This document shows positions 47,402 to 61,303 of a DNA stretch of 64,000 bases, one piece after another. A program made the position numbers and the translations under genes. How positions within the stretch are numbered: position 1 is the first letter of the stretch; the number at the start of each line of letters is the position of its first letter. The stretch is from Azolla caroliniana (taxonomy: Eukaryota; Plantae; Polypodiophyta): positions 16,926,001-16,990,000 of the forward strand of contig JBHGNT010000016.1 of the NCBI GenBank assembly GCA_043228905.1. Reading direction: 5' to 3'. A model generated the notes under the pieces. That model saw only the letters and a program-made list of their open reading frames with translations, was not told the DNA's origin and ran no database searches.

Positions 47402-50400
47402 CTTCTTTCAGCACTCTTCTTCGCGATGGCCCATTTTTCCACAATATCCGCATTCGATCGAGTTTTGTCGACTCGAACCGGAATGGTGGCTACCCCTTCT
47501 TCCAAAGGTTCCTAGATGGCCTCCATCTTATTGCCGTAATTGAGAGTTGTTTTTGTAAATTGGGCCTTGTCCGCCTCGTCCACCACATCCTTGGCCGAAT
47601 CAGCCTCTTCTTGCACGGCCACATCCTCTTCCTCCGTCTGAATGCGTGTACAACATTTGGCATTCTGAGGCATTGTTCCTTGTTCGAACATGATTCTCTT
47701 CGACCAATATCAGGGATTGAAGATCAAAGAAGGAGGCCGGATTCTCCCATGCTAGTATGGCGGTCCTCATCGCGCCGAATCGTGGTGCAAGGCCGCCGAG
47801 GCATATTTGCACTATTTCGTCATCCTCCACATTGACACTTATCGAGCAAAGCGTATCGCAAAGCTCCTTGATCTTCAAGGTGTAGCTTGTCATGTACATG
47901 TCCCTTTGTTGAATGTTGTTTAGCTCTTAGCGGAGTCGAAGCTTTCTCGCGGTAGTGTTGGTGGTGAAAATCTTTCGTAGATTCTCCCATGCTTCCTTCG
48001 GCGTCTTGGCTTCTCGAATGTACCCGAGCATGTGGTCATGAACACATGTCTCCAAGCCATACATCACTCGGCTTGCCGCTTGCTCCCACGTTGCATAGTC
48101 GGTGTCTTCCGGGTTGGGTCCATTTTCTTGTGCTCCTTTGATGTAGCTCCTTGATAGCCTTGGCTGACAAGGTATTGGTGCATCTTGTACTCCCAAGATG
48201 CAAAGTTGTTGCGATCCAACTCTTGGCTAGGGAGAGCACTCCCCATTTGAGTATTCATTGTCAATGTAGATTTCTTCCTTCGTTTCTTTTCCTTCTCTCT
48301 CGAACACGAGCTATGTAGTTGCACTACGATAGCGATGAGCCGGTTCTTCTTGAACGTCGGCGTAGAGCACAACACAAGATGACAATGAGGCGAGTGGGCT
48401 AGATCGAGCTACCAAATCGCTCTGATACCATGTAAAGAATCGGGTATGATGCTTTTGTAATGGAAGAGATGTGTTGTTACGGGCATGACCATATAATATC
48501 CTGTGGTGAGAATTTACCGTAGTATTCTATTCACTTGTATAGAATACTACGGTAATTTCTCACCATAGGATATTATATGGTCATGCCCGCGTGTATAGAA
48601 TATTACGGTAAATTCTCACCATAGGATATTATATGGTCATGCCCGCGTGTATAGAATACTACGTGTAAATTCTCACTACTGTATATTATATGGTCATGCC
48701 CGTAACATGTGTGTTATGTGTATATGTGAGAGGAATTACAGGAGAGAAGTGAGAACACAAGACACGTTGGTGTAGAAGCTGACATAGAGTTTGCTCTATT
48801 TCTCATCACCAATAGTCCGTCGTAATCATCATACTCGGAGTTGGTGGCGTAATTCGTGAGTTGTCACCTTGTGGATGCCGACTCACGCATCTTCTTTCGA
48901 CACTCTTCTTCGCGATGGCCCATTTTTCCACAATATCCGCATTCGATCGAGTTTTGTCGACTCGAACCGGAATGGTGGCTCCCCCTTCTTCCAAAGGTTC
49001 CTAGATGGCCTCCATCTTATTGTTGTAATTGAGAGTTGTTTTTGTAAATCGGGCCTTGTCCGCCTCGTCCACCACATCCTTGGCCAAATCGGCCTCTTCT
49101 TGCACGGCCACGTCCTCTTCCTCCATCCGAATGCGTGCACAACAGTTGGCATTCTGAGGCATTATTCCTTGTTCGAACATGATTCTCTTCGACCAATAAC
49201 ATGGATTGAATATCAAAGAAGGAGGCCGGATTCTCCCATGCTAGTATGGCGGTCCTCATCGCGCCGAATTGTGGTGCAAGGCCGCCGAGGCATATTTGCA
49301 CTATTTCGTCATCCTCCACATTGACACTTATCGAGCCAAGCGTATCGCAAAGCTCCTTGATCTTCAAGGTGTAGCTTGTGATGTACATGTCCCTTTGTTG
49401 AATGTTGTCTAACTCTTGGCGCAATTGAAGCTTTCTCGCGGTAGTGTTGGCGGTGAAAATCTTTCGTAGATTCTCCCATGCTTCCTTCGGCGTCTTGGCT
49501 TCTCGAATGTACCTCAGCATGTAGTCGTGAACACATGTTGCCAAGCCATACATCACTTGGCTTGCTGCTTGCTCCGACGTTGCATAGTCACTCGGCGTCT
49601 TCCGGGTTGGGTCCATTTTCTTGTGCTCCTTTGATGTAGCTCCAATTACCTTGGTCGACAAGGTATTGGTGCATCTTGTACTCCCAAGATGCAAAGTTAT
49701 TGCAATCCAACTTCTGGCTAGGGAGAGCACTCCCCATTTGAGTATTCATTGTCAATGTAGATTTCTTCCTTCTTTTCTTTTTCTTCTCTCTGAAACACGA
49801 GCTATGTAGTCGCACTACGATAGCGATGAGCCAGTTCTTTTTGAACGTCGGCGTAGGGCACAACAGACAATGACGATGAGGCAAGTAGGCTAGATTGAGC
49901 TACTAAATTGCTCTGATACCATGTAAAGAATTGGGTATGATTCTTGTGTAACGGAAGAGATGTGTGTTATGTGTGTGTGTGAGAGGAATTAGAGGAGAGA
50001 TGAGAGAACACAAGATAGGTTGTTGTAGAAGCTGACATAGAGTTTGCTCTATGTCTCATCACGAATAGTTCACCGTAATCGTCGTAGTCGGAGTTGGTGG
50101 CGTAATTCGTGAGTTGTCGGCTTGTGGACGCCGACTCGCGCATCTTCTTTCGTCACTCTTCTTCACGATGGCCTATTTTTCCACAATATCCGCATTCGAT
50201 CGAGTTTTGTCGACTCGAACCAGAATGGTGGCTCCCCCTTCTTCCAAAGGTTCCTCAATGGCCTCCATCTTGTTGCCGTAATTGAGAGTTGTTTTTGTAA
50301 ATCAGGCCTTGTCCACCTCGTCCGCCACGTCCTTTGCCAAATCGGCCTCTTCTTGCACAGTCGTGTCCTCTTCCTTCGTCCGAATGCGTGTACAACATTT

Positions 50401-51267
50401 GCCCTTCCGAGGCATTGTTCCTTGTTCAAACATGATTCTCTTCGACCAACAACGTGGATTGAATATCAAAGAAGGAGGGCGGATTCTCCCATGCTAGTAC
50501 GGCGGTCCTCATTGCGCCAAATCGTGGTGCAAGGCCACCGAGGCATATTAGCACAATTTCGTCATCCTCCACATTGACGCTTATCGAGCCAAGAAAATCA
50601 CAAAACTCCTTGATCTTCAAGGTGTAGCTTGTGATAAACATGTCCCTTTGTTGAATGTTGTTCAATTCTTGGCGAAGTTGAAGCTTTCTCGCGGTAGTGT
50701 TGGTGGCGAAAATCTTGCGTAGATTCTCCCATGCTTCCTTCGGTATCTTGGCTTCTCGAATGTACCCGAGCATGTGGTCATGAACACATGTTGCCAAGCC
50801 ATACATCACTCGGCTTGCCGCTTGCTCCCACGTTGCATAGTCGGCGTCTTCCGGGTTGGGTCCATTTTCTTGTGCTCCTTTGATGTAGCTCCAATAGCCT
50901 TGGCCGACAAGGTATTGTTGCATCTTGTACTCCCAAGATGCAAAGTTATTGCGATCCAACTTCTCACTAGGGAGAGCGCTCCCCATATGAGTATTCATTG
51001 TTGGTTTAGATTTCTTCCTTCTTTTCTTTTCCTTCTCTCTCGAACACGAGCTATGTAGTCGCACTACGATAGCGATGAGCCGGTTCTTCTTGAACGTCGG
51101 CGTAGAGCACAACACACGATGACGATGAGGCGAGTGGGCTAGATCGAGCTACCAAATCGCTCTGATACCATGTAAAGAATCGTATGATTCTTGTGTAACA
51201 TAAGAGATGTGTGTTATGTGTATGTGTGAGAGGAATTAGAGGAGAGATGAGAGAACAGAAGATAGGT
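47281..51267 (-). repeat. Three tandem copies (about 1.25 kb each) of LTR end, PBS and gag
   Basis: MGSALPSxKLDxNNFASWEYKM occurs three times. Junctions ACACAAGA...GTAGAAGCTGAC at about 48770 and 50020. Confidence 0.93.
48475..48707. mobile_element. 233-bp palindromic mini-element made of the chromovirus LTR U3 terminus
   Basis: TGTTACGGGCATGACC...GGTCATGCCCGTAACA ends, perfect TGTGT target duplication, sequence homologous to 27620-27681. Confidence 0.9.
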
Positions 51268-52846
51268 AGAAAAGGAATACTCAAGAAGAAGGTGTATATT
51301 TCATAAGTAGAATAAGAATTACAAAATTTAGCATAATAAGGAGTCACAACCAACTTAGTATAAAGTAGGAGGAGGGTGCTTTATATAAGGTCACCCTCTC
51401 TCTTCATTAACTCACTACAACTTCCACTCTCTCTCTCTAGAAACTTGAGGAATGTGAAGACTCATAGTCATTGGGAATATGGAACTCATTAGTTATGTGT
51501 AATAGAATCATATTCTATGACACATAGTTTAACGTGTAGAGAGTGGTTTGACTCTTGACCTTGACTCAAGTGTGTGTTCACACGTTGCACTATGTTGAGC
51601 TTGATTCTCAATAGGAGGTTGTACCATAACCGGCATTAGAGGCCGGGAGAAGAAGCAGGTCGAAGGATGCTTGAAGGCATCTGCCGCCTTAGGCTTTGAG
51701 GACGAGATTAGTGGTGCCATGGAGGCGGTCTCATTCAACGACAATCTTGGAGAAATCGAGAAGATTTTCGAAGGGGATCTTAGCAAAGACCGGGTCGTTC
51801 TAGTAAATTTTATCGAGATGTGCGAAGTCATTGTGGACTTCGGGGAGATAATTACGTCGGATCGGACCACGCAAGTACACACCAAGTACAAGACTACAGA
51901 CCGGAAGGTAAGGCCAGTCGGGGCTCCCTTGCCGGAGGACATCTAAGATCGAATGAAAAGGGTCACGACCGACCCGAGTTTACGAGATCCGGTTGGCATT
52001 GGAGACCGGTTCACCGACAAGACACCGTGGGAGAGTAAGATCAGTAGGGGTGGCTTCCTACCACCGACAAAAGAAGACCGGTTTTGGAGAATGCGTGAAA
52101 GGCATAGGAAAGCCTTCACATTCTTGTTGGAGGAGATCTGGTGCGTTGACCCGAAAATTGTGGAACCTATGGTGATCTTAACGGTATTGTACGTACACTA
52201 GAATCTCAAGCTGATTCTAGTACCGAGAACTCACATCCCAAAGATGATGGAGCTACTCAAACAAAAAGTAGAGATGGGGATCTTGGAGACATGAAGCGCC
52301 CCATACTCGAATCGGTAGTTTACGATGCCGAAGAAGAATGACGCAATGTGCTCCATTCAAGAATTGCAACCTGTCAATAAGGCGACCATTCAGAATGCTG
52401 GGATTGGCCCAAGAATTGATGAGTTGGCGAAGGCCTTCATGGGGAAGTCCATCTACTTAGTCGGCAACTTGTACTCTGGATATGACCAATTCCAACTTGC
52501 CATGCAGAGTAGGGATATAACAATGATGCAAACCCCTCTAGGCCTAGTTTGGATGTGCGCCCTACCGCAAGGAGGAACCAATTTGTTGGCGCACATGGTG
52601 AATGCAATGAACAAGGTTTTGAGGGACTGAATCCTAGACATTACCATGTTGTTCTTGGATGACATCCTGATCAAGGGATGTCCGGAGGATACGAAGGAAG
52701 AACCGATCGGAACGGATGGGTGTAGTAAGTTTGTCGCGGACCACATCTCCGACTTCGAGAAGATATTGCAAAAGTTAGATGGCGCTTGACTAACCTTCTC
52801 CAGGGAAAAGTCAGCTTTCGGACAATCTGAGATCCTGGTGGTGGGG

Positions 52847-54779
52847 AGTTGGGAACGCCGTCTAGTGCGGAACAAATCAACACTCGTCTTCCCGAATGTC
52901 TTTCGGCCAAATGAGGCATCGATTGGGGTTGTTCCTGGATCCCTGACTATTATGAGTGATTATGACGAGTGAGTGGCTAGCGTTAGGTGACCTAGTCGAT
53001 TGTCATCTAATCCAATGTAGTACGACTAAGGCAGATCTTTTGATGCGAAATCTCACTCTGAGCAGCTTGAGGTGCAACCGATTGGCTCACTTCAATGGTG
53101 ATTTAGAATAGTGGAGTGCAAATTTTGCCATTGTTTCTCTTTGTGAGAACGATTTTGTAGAGAGTTGTCAACCGAGATCTTCACGGTGTACAGAGGAAGA
53201 GTTGTTGATGGAGGTAGGATAGACAAGGGAAGATTAATCGAATGAACCTCAAGCTCTGATAGCAGATGTTGGGAACATTGTCGTGTACTGCGGAACAAAT
53301 CAACACTCTTCAAGAGAGAAGATCATAAACAGATACAAGCAAGGAAGACTGATGGCAACAGAGGCAGAAAAAGGAGAAAGTATAAAAGAATATATGTGAA
53401 GAAGCGTATGTGAAACACAGAGTACACAGTTCGGAAAATGATAGTTCGGTAAAACATAGAAAATGCAGAGATGGAGAGGGAGAGACAGAGAACAGAAAAC
53501 TCAATTCTATTTCAAAATAATAACACTTTGTACATATTTTGTGCTAAGTGAGCACTTCTTATACATGCCCTTAAATCGGGTTGACACAAGTACTGACAAT
53601 ACTTGACTGCTCATAAATGAGCCTACTACACTTACTCCCAAAACTATTCCTTACGAAGAATATCATTCTTACGGCCTTTCGGTTTACGCATAGATATGGC
53701 CATGTTATGCATATTGTTTTACGCAGCCAGTCTACGCACTAGGTTACGCACCGTGTTACGCACCCAATGTTGAGCTTGTCACTCAACACTCCCCCTCAAG
53801 CTCTACTTGAGGTTCCACCTACGCGCGCCTCGACCATTTCGGTCGGCTTGTCTACTCATTTGGTCCTTCTCAGCTCCTTCGCTATCGCGGTGTTGGCACC
53901 TCTTCCGCTGCGCTTTTCTCCGCTTGGCCCTTAGTCGATTCATGATGTCTGAATCGAGCATTCCGATTGAACCAAACTCTTCCGATTCAATTCCGCTCTC
54001 ATCCGAATTAGGTGTCTCCAATTTGTCTTCTATCTTCAGGCCTTTGAAAATGTTGTACCACGTTTTGATCTTGGCTTTACTTACTTCTTGTTCGGCTGTC
54101 TTCGGCTCTTTCCTAAGATTAGGCCCCTTGCTTCCTTCTTCAGCTTTTTCAGCCGGCCTGAAATCGAATTCTTCATCTAACTCCACATCACGGTCAATTC
54201 CGCTCCTTCCACACTCTTGTTCCTACTCTTGTTCTTGTTCTTCCTTTCTCCCCGTCAAGTTCGGCGAGTCAAGGTGACGCAGCCCAAGCTCACCCGAAAA
54301 ATTCCGCAACTTGTCCAGACCAAGGGGGTTGGTGAAGATGTAGACACCTTGTCGATCCGTCGGAACATACACCAATTCGACTTCACCTGAAAGGACCCGC
54401 TCGCAGCAAAGTGATAGTGCACCTCAATGTGCTTGGTCCAGGCATGAAATACTACTGATGAGGTTGTCACAATAGATCTTCGTCAGATCAAACACCTCCA
54501 CATGCAGGTCTCGTAATAGCCGCTTCAGCCAAATGACTTCGCACGTAGCGACAGTCGCCCCTCGATATTCGGCCTCCGTGCTCGACAGTGCTACTGGCGA
54601 CTACTTCTTACTACTCCACGCGATCGCCATACTTCCTAATGAGAAGGCATATTCGGACGTGGATCTACGATCGTGGGTCGTGGGCATTTCCAGCCCAATC
54701 GGCATTCATGTAGCCGCCTAATTGTTCGGCTACACCTGCCCGATATAGCAACGCCATGTCTTTAGTGCCGCTGACATAT
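52847..54779 (-). mobile_element. Copia-G: RNase H remnant, PPT, LTR 53267-53788, PBS, short internal region and a second LTR end
   Basis: [29 protein letters not shown] at 53789. Degenerate PBS TGCTATCAGAGC at 53264-53253. GGGAAC...GCGGAACAAATCAACACTC is repeated at 52847-52886. Confidence 0.8.
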
Positions 54780-56990
54780 TGTTACTGATTAGGAACACGG
54801 TCTACGGTCAGTCCTTCGACCTAGACCTCGAAGTGACTGTGTTGCCACGAATGGTATCGTTGTAGCGTAATACTTAGTGGCATACCTCCCGTATCCTAGT
54901 AGCGTATAAGGGAGACAACTACAACCGAACTCCTTAGACAGTGGACTAGCAACCACACTGTTACTCACACCTACACTCTTACGACTGCGCTACGCCACCC
55001 AAGAATCACAGACACACAATAGATTAGCCACAGATATGCACAAGAATTAGAGAGGATAGAACTCTATTAAAATACGCCTTTTACATTCCAAATTACACGC
55101 TACCTCTATTAGAGGTTTTCTGCCCTTTATATACGCAGGGTCTTTTAGCCGTTCATGCTTCCCGCGTGAACCGTTTACATGCGTTACAATATTACTCTAT
55201 TCTATATTACTGGACTCTTGTCTATCGGTTACTATTCCGACAGACAACACCTGGCACACATGTGGGACAGTGCCATGGCACGTCGGAACCACCCCTTTAA
55301 TCTTCCTCCAAAATAGCCCTGATGTTTGGTTATGCTACAGTGTCCAGGTCCGGGGACAGCGTAGGGCCCGTAGGCGCATCGTTGTGGTTCCCCTGCTTGG
55401 TCGGGAGGGCTTCTCATGGTGTCATTGGCTTGCTGTGTGGGCGGTCCGGGTTCTGTTGGCTCTTCTTGGGCTATTGGAGTTGGTCCAGCCGTCCGCGGCT
55501 TGCGGTAGGTCGCGGCTCTGTTTCGTCTGTACCTTCCTCCGCAATGTCTGTCGTAGTTGTACGCTCTAGAGAGTGGGGTTGGGGTTCCTCTTGATCCGGA
55601 ACATCCTCTGTAATGTCATCCGTAAGCGTATGCTCCGGTGGTTGGGGTTCCTCTTGGTCGGCGCTTTCGTTGTTTGGTATTACAGGGGGCTCCGCTCACC
55701 ATTCCGTACTGTTCACCGTAGTGGTAATTTCCGGTGACGTGGGCTGAGGTTCCTCTTGTTCGGTAGTATCCGGAATTGGTATCGCGATGGATTCCTCATT
55801 TGTTCGCGTGTTGCTGGCTTGCGTGATCTGGTGAAACAGGTCCTCCTAACTTTCGCCAAAATCATCTAGTAGCTGCGCGAGTTCCTCAGAATGTTGGTCC
55901 ACTAGCGTGCGATAGTCCTACGCTAGGTCCCCGCGTACTGCCGCAATGCTTTCCTCATTGATTTTGTAGAACCCTCAGTTGTCTTTCCTTCGGTTCTCCT
56001 AGTCCGCCCGGTACGTAGCAATTCCGCCGCTTGTGTAGCCCACGCCATCCATCCTTTGAATAGCACCAATTTTAATTGCGCCGTAAACCTCTCCCGATTC
56101 GTTTGCAGAAGGATGTGCACGTTGTCTGTTATGGCTTGGCAACGGTTTCCTGCTTCTTCTACGGATTTCTTGAGGTTTGCAATTTCTTCTTGACTAACCG
56201 TTGCTCCTCATTCCTGGCAAGAGCTGAGATTCCTTCAAATGTAGTTCTTCCAGTTTTCCCATTTCATTGTTCAAGCGGATTTCTAGTTGATGCCTCCTCT
56301 CCTCCTCTCCAACCAGCTGCTCGTCGAACCATGCTTTCTTCTTCTCCAATAAGGCCCAGAGTCTCATGATTGCCGCTTCCGATTTTTTTGCTTCCTCCCG
56401 TAATTGGGCATTTTCTTCTTTCATTCGGGTGTGTTGTGTTGTCTCCATTACGAGTTTCTCTTCAAGGGTCTTTACTGCCCTTCGGCCATTGGCCAAGATG
56501 TCCTTTTCTCTGTTTGAGGACTGGCGAAGTTCGGCACGGAGACGGTCAATCTCTGATTCTGCTAGTTGCACGACCCGTTTTGCTTTCGAGGCAATCGCGG
56601 TCTGAGCTTCAATTTCTTCCCTAGGGGTTTCAACGACATTGGTTGTTGGTGGAGTTGCCTGTTGCGTTGTAGTCGCGTTATTTTCCAACTCCGTGATGCA
56701 TTCGTTGGCCTTTTGTAGCTCAGCTTGGGTTTGTTTAACCTTTTTCCAGACATTTTTATTTTTAATCGCCATATCCTTGGCGCCCATACTGACCTTTGCG
56801 AGTTCCCTATGAACTTCGACAAGGGTCGTGTTTAATGGGGGTAGTTCCATCCCCATTATGCGTATACCGGCGTTCCTCTGCCTGCCAACTCTGGCTAACT
56901 GATCCTCATCATCGCTTTCCACCGTTTGTTTTAACGCGAGCTCGATCATTTGGCGCTCCGCGTTCTCCTCGGCCATTCGTTGTGAGACTT
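54780..56990. mobile_element. LTR element fragment X2: 470-bp LTR at 54780-55249, PBS-like site (+), decayed coiled-coil ORF (-, 56976-55297)
   Basis: TGTTACTG...GACAACA, then CC, then TGGCACACATGTGGGAC. E/K/Q/R-rich heptad ORF. It interrupts Copia-G. Confidence 0.7.
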
Positions 56991-59245
56991 TTATCTTGGA
57001 GCTTGCAAATATCCTAACTTGTAAATTTTCTATCACAACTTGTATTTTGAAATCGTGAATGTGACCCTCATCATGCACCCATGCCACTTGAAGTGGTTCA
57101 AATGTCGGTATATTATAAGTTGGTCGATTCACATACCAAATTGAACACAATAAATAAAGGGTCTTGCTCTTTGGCAATGTAGAATTTCTTTTTGAGTGGT
57201 TGTAGGGACTCATAGTTATGAATAAAGTATTTGAGGGTGAGTTAGGAGGAGAGACATGTTTGTATTTCAATCACGCATCGTCAGATTAATCTCCTTTAAC
57301 CAATCATACCCTCATAAATTCTAAAAACTCATGATTCCAAAGTCAACTTTCTGAACCCCCAGTCTAAATTTCCTCCATCCTTGACCTGCAAGATTCCCAA
57401 GAAAACAAAAATCCACCTATCAATGAAAAAGAAAAGCAACCTAAAAACACTATCCTAGGCCCTAGACCTTCTATAAAACATTGGAGCTTTCTGGTCCATC
57501 ACTTGACTTTGTGTGTGCATTCATATATATGCATGGGACTTGGTTCAACGTGTCTAGTTTGTTTTAACATCATGGCCTCCATATGGTATTTATTTTTGGT
57601 CTTAAGTGAGATTTGGACCTCTACCTTAAGTTACGACAACCATTTACTCTAACAACTTGAAATAATATCTTTTCATTCTTCATATCTTTTTATGCATATT
57701 GATTATTATCGTTCTAGATTCTCAACTATTTGCTTTATTTTCCAATCTAAGGTTAGGACACATCTTTATCGATACATAGAATAGTTTGAACTTTCGACCA
57801 TTTCGTCACTTTGTGCCCATGACAAGTCCTCCAAGTTTGCCACACACCCAATAAATGTTTATGATTGTGACATTTGTGGCTTTCCTTATTCATTTTATCT
57901 AAGTCTTTATCGCGATAGTCGTATCAATATGATATTTAATCATTTCAACAACTTTAGAAATAACCTACAACACCATTTGATAGTATCCACAAAAGAAACA
58001 TCATTTGTTAAATTTAAGGTCGTCTCTTGGGCTTGGTATGTGGCCACAATGCACACCTTCCCCTTCTCAATTGTGTTGTATTCAAGCAATTATATGCTTC
58101 ATTACTTGCATTTTTCTCTCTTTCTACGGTTGACCATGAAAATTGAGGAGATGATAAAAACTTATGCACATTTAGGGTCATAAACAAAACAAAAGCTAAG
58201 GGTGTTTTGGTAATTATTGCAAGTTTATATACAATGTGCCAATGCTTGTAAATTAGCTAATATTCTGCGGTTTTTTCAACTCAAGAGAAACTCACAACTA
58301 AAAGGCAATAAACAAAAGGGTAGGTTCTATTTGTGTAATTGTTGCACTACATTTTACTTATTGTTCATATACCATACCGAGTGCTAGATTAAGAAAATAA
58401 GAAAACAAAACAAAAAGGAAACAAAAAAACCCTTTGTCTGAAAAACAAAGTGAAAAACAGGGAGATTAAAAACAACATGAAAAAGAGAGAGACTAAGAAT
58501 AAAAAAGCAGAGAGAGAGATCAAAAAGAGCACAAGGGACAGTAAGTGGAGGAAGCTTGAGACACCGTTGATCTCAACTAGCACTGATTCACGTAGAAGAG
58601 TTCTCTTCTACATGGATTTCAAGTACTACTCACACATACAAGTATACCTTCCTACCTTCTTAGTGCTACATCAAGGTAGAACCAGAACAACAAGGATTTT
58701 GATGGTGGTTTATTTTGATGTAATTGGAAGGAGATGTGCTCCAAATATCAACCTTGAATGCCGATATCCAGATGTATCGTGAAAATGTTATTCACGTGAA
58801 ACCAAGTTTGTTGTAAACTTGATGGTTCAAACTTCAGTGGTTCCACCGAGATGATAAAGAATTTTTTCTGGATCTTGACATTGTTGATAACATGACTCAA
58901 GGGGGAAACAAAACGATTTCATTTCATTGTATGTGCTTGTCTATTAGATTTTTGATATCCTCTTTCCCAACAAATATGAATGATTCTTACCTAGACTTAA
59001 AAGATATGACGATAAATCAATATCGTCAATTGTTGAAATTCACAAAAACAAAGCCCAAATCTAGAGAAATTTTGCTTTCATAATATGACATGACATTGTT
59101 TTCATCTATACAAAAGTAATTGATGAATAAAAAAAACACGCATGTTCATTAAAGCAGTTGAGATATGCTGGGTTCCAATGCAATAGGCTTACGATGATTT
59201 CGGAAGATGTACAAATGAACCATGTGCAAGAAACATTATCAGAAG

Positions 59246-60886
<1,641 letters not shown>

Positions 60887-60957
60887 AGCTGCTCCTACAG
60901 TAACCGATCACTCTTTCAATCCTCGTATTTTGTATGGAACAATCGATCCCAACTCAC

Positions 60958-60968
60958 AAATATATACA
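60958..60968 (-). promoter_or_regulatory. Putative TATA box of the aldo-keto reductase gene
   Basis: Minus-strand TATATATT about 75 nt upstream of the ATG. Confidence 0.4.
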
Positions 60969-61303
60969 ATCCAGCGCCGCCTCTCAGTTAAATGCAGCTA
61001 GTCACAGAGTGATAAGCAAGTATTTGGTTATTGTATGCTTCTTTGACCCCCCCAATACGTGGAACAGAAGCATACACAATTTTGTTTATTTGAGAGGGAA
61101 AGAGAACCGTCAAAAAAAATCTGAAATTTATTCTGAAACAAACTTCGTTCACCTTCCAATGTGGTTTCCATTACCCTTTCTCATCAGTTTGTGCGACTTC
61201 TTGATCATCGAAACCCATGCAGTACGTGCATAGGATTGAATGAATGTGATTTGGATCAAGATGAAGTTATATGGAATTGTATTTTACGCATTCTTGTTTA
61301 AGT

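Larger units (their letters stand above)
43446..51613 (-). mobile_element. Full-length Copia-F with a triplicated U5-PBS-gag block
   Basis: LTRs at 43446-43900 and 51171-51613, GGAG on both flanks, PPT at 43901-43912, and three iMet PBS copies (48419-48430, 49910-49921, 51159-51170). Confidence 0.92.
41480..52846 (+). mobile_element. Degenerate non-chromovirus Gypsy (gag-PR at 41480-43445, pol at 51614-52846), split by Copia-F
   Basis: FIDHGSEINLM protease, TKYKTTDRKVRPV, NLYSGYDQFQLA, LPQGG and FLDD. Same lineage as 17222-19062. Confidence 0.85.

Noticed and set aside
9505-48707. Recurring 54-56-bp periodicity in four unrelated repeats
   Set aside because: The sequences are unrelated and the sample is small, so coincidence cannot be excluded.
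56977-57270. N-terminal 98 aa of the 358-aa ORF
   Set aside because: It starts at a non-ATG codon in compositionally different AT-rich DNA, and is probably a chance read-through into the coiled-coil ORF that begins at MAEEN.
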